A stretch of DNA of 64,000 nucleotides from positions 5,022,001-5,086,000 of the forward strand of contig CM022676.1 in assembly GCA_012295275.1 (NCBI GenBank), written 5' to 3'. The notes under the pieces are model-generated. The model was given only the letters and a program-made list of their open reading frames with translations, ran no database searches and was not told the origin of the DNA. Shown here one piece after another: positions 55,961 through 64,000 of this stretch. Source of the stretch: Chrysomallon squamiferum. Taxonomy: Eukaryota > Animalia > Mollusca. The position numbers and the translations under genes are program-made. Numbering within the stretch: the stretch's first letter is position 1; each line of letters begins with the position of its first letter.

Positions 55961-57983
55961 GTTAATAAAAAAATATTGGCCTTAAGATATTCTTCTCGGT
56001 GTCAAAGTTTAATGTAAATCTGAAAAATTTGCCATCGTATACTGTTAATATATTACTAATGTTAATAGAAAACTGTGTAGTTTTTATGTGCTAGCCACAT
56101 TGTAAAGCAGTACTGTATATATGATCCATGTAATTAACTGTCTATAGTTATAAGCACACATAAAAATGGAGAATATATATATAAAGTGGAGTTTTATGGG
56201 TTGTCTTTTCATTTTTTTCTAATTAAGTTTTTTTTTTTTTTTTTTTTTATATTCAGAAACTTTTTTTTTCAGGATTTTACATCAGTTTGTTGTTAGAAAT
56301 GTATCAATGGAAAATGCCACAAACCACTGCATTTATTTATTTATTTATTATTTTTTGGCTTATTTGCTTCTATTTATTTATTTAATTAATTGATTTTTAA
56401 TTTTTTTTATTTATTTATTTTACTCATTTTATTTTTTTAATTTTTTTAATTTTTTTGGTTTTAGTTTTGTTTTGTTTTTTATTATTATTTTATTTTATTG
56501 TCTTTGTTTTACTTTCTAACAAAAACAATGGCTTGTGTTTGACATATATTCTTATATTTTTAATAATAAATATTTTGATATTTATTATCTACAAATGTTG
56601 TGAAAATAATTTTCTTGTATTTGATTTCTGCAATTTCTTTTTATTGTTTATGTTACTTCACGTTTGTGTTTCACTGTTGAAACATTGATTTTTTAAATTT
56701 TTATTCTTATTTTTTTCATACTGTAGAAATATAAACTAAACAAAATCTCTCATAAAAATGTGTTTAAATTGTACATAACTGTAAAAAATAGTATTACTAT
56801 CATTACTACTACTATTATTATTATTATTATTAACAAAATAATTATTTTTCTTTTTATCTTATTTTGCCCATAGTGATATAATTCTGGTTGTAACATTTTT
56901 AAAGAGAATATTGCATTTTTGTCACAGATTGTTTTTCTTTCATTTTGTATTTTAGACCATTTATTTTATTATTTTTATTTTGTATGCCCTTCATCTCATT
57001 ATTACAAGGTTAACAATATTTTTACTTATTATCTTATTTATATATTATTATTTTATTTATTTATTTATTTTTACAATTATTTTTTAATTTGTTTATTATT
57101 ATTATTATTTTGTTAATTTTTTTTTTTTTTTTTTTTTTTTTAATTCTAATAAACAAAAAAATAACTAAATTTTCATTCTCAATCAAAACTGAAATCAAAA
57201 TTTTTTCTCGGAATCTGTAAACAGCTAAATTTCTTTCATTTTTTTTTTTTTTTTTTTTTTATTTTTATTTTTTTTTTTCCTATAAAAGAATCTGCATAAA
57301 CTGTCACTGCTTTTTAATTTCTTCTTGTCTCTACTGAATATTATTTTAAATTATGATAAAATATATGGATTTATCGAGTGACATTTTTGTATCTCCACTA
57401 TAATGCCTGGTCACTGTCATAGGTTATCAAAATCATGAGAGATTCTGAGGTTAAATATTATGTGTTCATATCTTCTTCTTTTTCTTTTCTGTTCTTCTTG
57501 TTTTGTTGATGTCTCTTTGTTCACGTTTTCAATTTATACCCCAAAAAATTTAACAATTTTTTTTTAAATTATTTTTGTATTTTCTTCTTTCTGTGAAGAA
57601 AGAGGGGAAAATATTTTCATGTTTTTGATGTCTCAGTTTATGTTGTTTTGTTGTATAGTTTAGTTTATTTTATCTTTGGTTTAATTATTATTATTTATTT
57701 TTGGGGTGGGGATTATAATTATCTTCGTGTTGTATTTTCTTTCTGTTGTATGTGTTGTTTTGTTGTATAGTTTAGTTTATTTTTATTTTTATTTATTTAT
57801 TTTTGGGGTGGGGATTAATAAATATCTTTGTTGTGTATTTTCTTTCAGTTGTGTCACTTCTGTTGTTGTTGTTGTTGTTGTTGACATAACCACCAACCAT
57901 TATTATTTTTGTTAAATAATGGTTATTTTTCATTTCAGACATTTTTACTTAATATTAATTAGTTAATTATTTTTATTTTCATC

Positions 57984-58017
<34 letters not shown>

Positions 58018-59307
58018 CAAAATAAAAAAAGTTCTGTTGTTGCTGAATGCCATGTCCTTAAATTCAGTGATTTAAGGTTTTAATTTTATTTTTATTTATT
58101 CATATTATTAATTTTTTTTTTTTTTTTTTCTTTGTTTCTTAAAACCTAACAGTTATTGTATAAAATTATAGATTTGAATATTAATATATATTTATATAAT
58201 GTAAATTAACATTTCTCACTTTAGTATCACTTTATTCTTTTTTAATTTTTATAAAGGTCAAATAATCTTTATTTTGTCATTTATTATTAACATTATTATT
58301 ATTATTATTATTATTATCATTACTAATTTACATTTTTATTTTATTTATTAATATATAGATATTTTTTTTTAACGATATAAATAAAATATATATTATTTGT
58401 TTTCATATATATTATGTTCCATCTGTAAAAATTATACCTACAAAAATAAAACCTATTGCTTGATAATAATAACTCATGGTTAAAGGTACGTAACTCCATT
58501 CACATTGTATGAATGTATTGATTACATTGTCATGTAAGTTCATTTTATATTTTTGCATTATATGTTGAACATATATTCACAGTAAAACTATTTAAAACAA
58601 TTACTTTTGTCTGTCTTGTATGCATGATCTATAGTAGTAGTTCACTGTTTATCCCGTTCCAATGCCTGCTTTCACTGATATCAACAAAAGGATAAATGTT
58701 CATATAGCCACATATAAAAATGTCTTCTTTTCAAGGCTGTTAAGTAATCATAGAACATTTTAATCCACATTTTAAATCCATTTTAATCCATTTTATAACG
58801 AGAATACTATTTTCAACTATTAACAAACAACAATGCAAACATATGAGTGATACTCAATAATGCAGATAATTTATTTTTTTTTTTAAATTTTTTCATAGAT
58901 ATCACAGAGTATGTATGGATGGAATGAATTGGGCAGATAATACTGTCAACTTAAAAATAAATTAAATTTTTAAAAATTAATTTTATTATTCAAAAAAAAA
59001 AAAAATTAAATATATAATATATACAAAACTATAAATTTCACTTCCAAACCAGAAACATAACAAATGTTAATAAATAAAACAATATTTTGTAACTGATGTA
59101 TGAAACATCTCAGTTTTTGGAATGTAATCGTGAGAATTTGTTAACATTTTTGTAAAATAATGTCAATAAATAAAAAAATAAAAAAAAAAAAATAAATAAA
59201 TAAATAAAGGCAGTAATTAATAATAGCAGTGATAATAATATTGATGAGAATCTTACAAAATAAATAATAATATAAAAATAAATAATGAAAATAATAATAA
59301 TGATGAC

Positions 59308-59351
<44 letters not shown>

Positions 59352-59462
59352 CAAATAGTGGAATTAAAAAAAACGTTAAGACCATTTTATTTTACATTTG
59401 ATATCTGTCTATTAACAACACATTCTTGTCCATTAGTAAAAAAAAATAATTTTAGATTCAGA

Positions 59463-59663
59463 TCAGTGACTGACTGTGTGTAAATTAGTAGGACTTTGTG
59501 GTAATGGCGGCTGTGCAGGAGGCAAAATGTGACCTCCTTTCCTAGACAGCAGCATTATCTCCTCTTTGAGAGCATCTATTTCCTGTGCTTGTAACTGGAC
59601 TAGTTGGATTAGTCTCTGCTTTTCGTGGATGTCAGACTTCCTCTGTCCAGAATACTCCTCACC
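59463..59663 (-). CDS. CFAP44: CFAP44 terminal exon
   Basis: [49 protein letters not shown]...VSH TGA. Confidence 0.92.
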   Translation of the reverse strand, partial: GEEYSGQRKSDIHEKQRLIQLVQLQAQEIDALKEEIMLLSRKGGHILPPAQPPLPQSPTNLHTVSH

Positions 59664-59712
59664 CTGAGATTAAAAAGTTTAATTAAGTTTTTATAATCAA
59701 CAGTAATTAACA

Positions 59713-59759
<47 letters not shown>

Positions 59760-61179
59760 TAAATATATAAAAATATTCATAATTAATACATATATAACAA
59801 AAATTTATAAATAATACAAATTTTATAATTACAATAAAAGCAGAAAAATATAAATTATAATTAAATTTTTAAGATTAATCACTATATATATATATAGTAA
59901 AAGATTTTAAGTAATAATATATTTTTCATAATTAACAGTAATAAATACACATAACAAAAATATATAAATAATAATAATTTGTTTACATACATAATTTTAT
60001 AAATAATACAAAAATTTTGTATAATTAACAAAAATAAATTAATATTATTTAACAAAAATTTATGTAATAACACTGATATCCTTTATCTAGAATAATACTT
60101 TAAATTTATGTAATATAGGACAACAGTTTAAATTCAAGTAATATAGGTCAACAATTTAAATTTATGTAATACAGGACAATAGTTTAAATTTATATAATAC
60201 AGTACAATAGTTTAAATTTATGTAATATAGGACAATAGTTTAAATTTATATAATACAGGACAATAGTTTAAATTTATATAATATAGGACAATAGTTTAAA
60301 TTATTGTAATATATAAATAACAGTTTGAATTAATGTACTATATATGAATAATGGTTTAAATATAAATAAGAGACTTAAAAGAAAAAATAATTTCACAAAT
60401 TCTCACCAGATTTTTCTGTCTTGAATCGAGAGACTTCTCCAGCGAGCTCTTCTCTGTCATCAACATGGTGAGTTGTTGTAGTCGTTTGGTGTTGTCGCGG
60501 ATGAGGTTTGTGATTCTGTTTCGCTTCTCTACTATCTGTGACTGTAAACAGAGAGATGTTATTTTTTAAACATTTTTTATTTTAAATTGTAGAAATGAAG
60601 AAATCTCTTGCACAGCAACTTTGAACAGTTAATTTATGGAACTGAATGTTACATTTGATTGGCAAAACAGTACTTACCATGGTTTTACAGAAGATTAACA
60701 AATGTCTAGAAATGGAAATACACAAAGAGAAGATATATATGTATGTATATTTATATATATATACACACACCTATCTATATATCTATTTATATATAAGGAA
60801 GTTTGAGGTATGTATGTATGTATGTGTGTACACACACACACACACACACACACACAAATACATGCGTACAAATACAATGAAAACTTTCAAAACTATATAT
60901 TTATATCTACATCTATCTGTGTACATACACACATACATATACATGCACACACATGCACACAAACCTCTCAAAACCCAGATCCTCATTAAACAAAAATTCC
61001 TTTAACAAAGATTTCTGAATCCTACATTCCCATGACTTAGCAAACATCTAAATATAAAACCTCAATAAAACAAACACCTCTCCAAATCTCACCTTTTTAG
61101 AAGTTCTCAATCCTGTTCTACTATGTGAAGTTTGACTCTGTGTAAAAGTATGAGTATGTACATGTGTCTGTGTGTGTGT

Positions 61180-61230
<51 letters not shown>

Positions 61231-63337
61231 AATGTAAGTATGGTTGGTTGTGTTGTTCTTTGAATGTGTGTACATGTATTTGAATGTAGGTTTAGTTGTC
61301 TGTGTTTTTCTCTCTCTGCGTGTGCATGCATGTTTTATATTTGCACACATGTCTCAAAGCACACACAAACAGTCTACTTACATCCATGTGCGAGAGTTCA
61401 TCAGAGCACTGCATTTCTGTAATGTGCATCTTCTCCTTCAGTTCCTCAATAGTTCTGTTCACTGTGATAGTCTCAAGTTTCTCCAAGTCCACGATCCTGC
61501 CAAACTTGGCTATCATCATCTGATTGCACTGTTCTTCCATCTCCTCAATCTTCTTGTCAAACGTTTTGCGATCTTTGATAAGCTGTACGTGTGTTCTGCG
61601 AGCATCTCTGAAGAAATATTATTTTTTTTTTTTTTTTTTTTTTGTAGATCTGTATGATCATATAAGCATGTTTATGGTAAACAAACATTTTAGATATCTA
61701 TGTATAAGGCATGAATAATGAGTTATAAATACAATCTATGAGCTTCTGTGTAAAAATAAAATAAAAATTTAGTGAGTTTTTATATATCTGTACAATACAT
61801 AGAATGTTTATGGTAAACAAATTTTCTATATATCTATATAAGGCAAGTATAACGAACTATACATTCATCCTGCAAGCATCTTTATAAAAATAAGTAAAAA
61901 ATAATAATAATGATGATCATGATGTAATGATAATAATGATATAATAATAAATGATAATAATGATTATAACAATACCATAATGATGATGGTGGTTTAATGA
62001 TAATAATAATAATGATATAATAATAAATGATAATAATGATTATAGCAACAATAATAATGATGATGGTGGTTTAATGATAATAATAATAATGATATAATAA
62101 TAAATGATAATAATGATTACAGTAACAATAATAATGATGATGTTGATGTAATGATGATAATAATAATGATAATGATGATGAAAAATAATAAAATAAAAAT
62201 AATAAAACAACAACAATCAAACAATAATAAAAATTAAACAAAAACAAACAAACAATCGTACTTCATTTGTTTCTTCTGCAGCGACTTTTCGTGTTCCAAC
62301 TCGTGTATGCGCTGTTGTAGTCTGATGACGCCATTGGACTCAAACACCAACGTGTGCGACAGGTCCTGGGGCAGCATTCCGTTTATTATGTACTGAATCT
62401 GATGCAGTTTCAACGTCACGACAACGTCGAGTTCGTTCAATTTCTGTTGTTTCTCCAACTGTAAAAATATAAAAATTAATAAAAAAAAAAAATTAAATAT
62501 TTTTAAATATTAAACACTCTGAAATGCAAAAATAAGGCATTGTTTATGTTATTTAACAGGTGTAGAAGTAGTATTTTAAAAAGTAACACAAAATGTATAT
62601 AGGTATTGTAGAATATTTAATTTCATAGGGCAGCCATTTTTTTTTTTTTTTTTATCGTAAGTAATTAACAGATATGGAAGGTTTATTAATAATTTGTTTT
62701 GTTTTGTTTAGTTCCTTTGACAGATATAAAAATAATATTTTACAACTAATCCTTTGAAAATTAATGTAGGTACTAATTAATATTTTAATAATGAGACAGC
62801 CATATTTGATTTCTAACCTTGTGAATAATTAACAGAGATAGCAATTTTACTAATAATTTACTCATAAAGTTGATAACTTATAATTTAGGCTTTTTTTCTT
62901 CTTTTTTTTTTTTATGTACTTGTTATATTATTTTAACTCCAGAAAAGAAACAACATTTTGTTTATCAAATTTTATTATATATATATATATATTTTCTTTT
63001 TTCTAGTAATTTCTAAACCTTGTATAGCAGTTCATTATATAACACTAAACAAAACATTTGGCTCCAAAAAAAACAACAAACTCAAACTAACACAACATTC
63101 GTTCTACGTAAACAAAAATTTATAATTTATTATTCTGTTTGTAAATTCCTCCAACTGTTTTTTACCTGGAAAGCCTCCAGATCATCCTGGGCAGTTTTCA
63201 GTGCACTGTCGATAATCTTGGCTTTTTTCAGAATAGCTTCATTTTCCTTTTTCAGGGCTTAGCATTTTTTCTTTATCAAACACTTCCTCAATATCCAGTC
63301 TCTTCTCTCTTAACTGACACGTGTTGTCATACAGCGT
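59463..63337 (-). CDS. CFAP44: Cilia- and flagella-associated protein 44 (WDR52), 3' exons; gene continues beyond 64000
   Basis: Exons 63166-63337, 62262-62458, 61382-61607, 60407-60541 and 59463-59663. Motifs [56 protein letters not shown] and [29 protein letters not shown] match the CFAP44 C-terminal coiled coil. Confidence 0.92.
60100..60360. repeat. ~29-bp minisatellite
   Basis: ggacaatagtttaaatttatataatat repeated about 8 times. Confidence 0.9.
60407..60541 (-). CDS. CFAP44: CFAP44 exon
   Basis: [24 protein letters not shown]...SLDSRQKNL|gtgag; 135 nt. Confidence 0.92.
61382..61607 (-). CDS. CFAP44: CFAP44 exon
   Basis: [14 protein letters not shown]...[29 protein letters not shown]; 226 nt. 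Confidence 0.93.
62262..62458 (-). CDS. CFAP44: CFAP44 exon
   Basis: [23 protein letters not shown]...[12 protein letters not shown]; 197 nt. Confidence 0.93.
63166..63337 (-). CDS. CFAP44: CFAP44 exon with internal frameshift
   Basis: [18 protein letters not shown] in one frame and ALKKENE...DLEAFQ in another; 172 nt between phase-0 junctions. Confidence 0.85.
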
Positions 63338-64000
63338 CTGAATTAATCAATTAATTCATTAGTTAATTAGTTAATTAACTGATTAGTTAATTAATACTTT
63401 GTAATTTAATAACAGCTGAAACCTGTTTTTGTGTACGTTAGAATAACGAATAACAAATTAATTTTCGTAATGAAGATTTGTCATACAGTTATTTAATACA
63501 ATTTTGAAACAAATGTGCATTTGACTGTTTTAAAATTTCATGTTAAATAATTGATTAATATAAAAAATAATAATAATTAATAACAGCTGAATATATATTT
63601 TTGGTGTATTAGAATAACAAATAATAAATTTATTCTTGTTTAAATGTAATATTTGTAATGAAAATCTTGTAATATTTCATATTAAATAATTGATTAATAA
63701 ATACAAAAAAATTAATAGCAGCTGAATATATATTTTTGTATTAGACTAACTAATAATAAATTTATTCTTGTTTAAAATGTTGTCATACAGTGTCTAAATT
63801 AATTATTTATTTTGATTAATTAATATACTATTGATTATTTTAAAATTTCTTTAGTTAATTGATATATGGTAATTTAGTAACAGCCGATGTTTACATGACA
63901 GAATAACAAATAAAAATGAATTTTTTGTTTAAATGTAATATTTGCAAAGAAATATCTAAACAAATCAATTAATTTGAATATTTTAAAATTTAATTAAATG
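63320..64000. repeat. Diverged ~150-bp tandem repeat including the acceptor region of the CFAP44 exon
   Basis: tgtcatacag..tct.aattaat at 63325, ~63480 and ~63781; aacagctgaa..t.tttttg...ttagaataac repeated. Confidence 0.75.

Overview
AT-rich, microsatellite-dense, intron-rich animal genomic DNA; probably an invertebrate such as a mollusc, but the species cannot be determined from the sequence. Three spliced genes were reconstructed by hand from GT-AG junctions and reading phase. (1) A large minus-strand axonemal-type dynein heavy chain-like gene: ATG at 44238, about 47 coding exons and roughly 2,550 aa in the window (tail DHC_N1, DHC_N2/linker, AAA1 and lid), continuing off the left edge. 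(2) A complete plus-strand ZDHHC23-type palmitoyltransferase (48132-52540, 5 coding exons, 431 aa), head-to-head with the dynein gene. (3) The last five coding exons of CFAP44/WDR52 on the minus strand (59463-63337), tail-to-tail with ZDHHC23. Main points of interest: the dynein AAA1 site looks catalytically dead (Walker A GPTESGKF, Walker B DE replaced by NN, sensor I lost), and the chain carries several large Ser/Lys-rich insertions. Many introns hold tandem repeats built from the adjacent splice junction plus part of the exon. Five exons are frameshifted or scrambled, most of them beside such arrays, which points more to consensus or assembly artefacts than to pseudogenisation. An inverted repeat pair brackets three dynein exons. 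Most entries in the ORF track are microsatellite noise. No RNA genes, CRISPR arrays or intact transposon ORFs were found.
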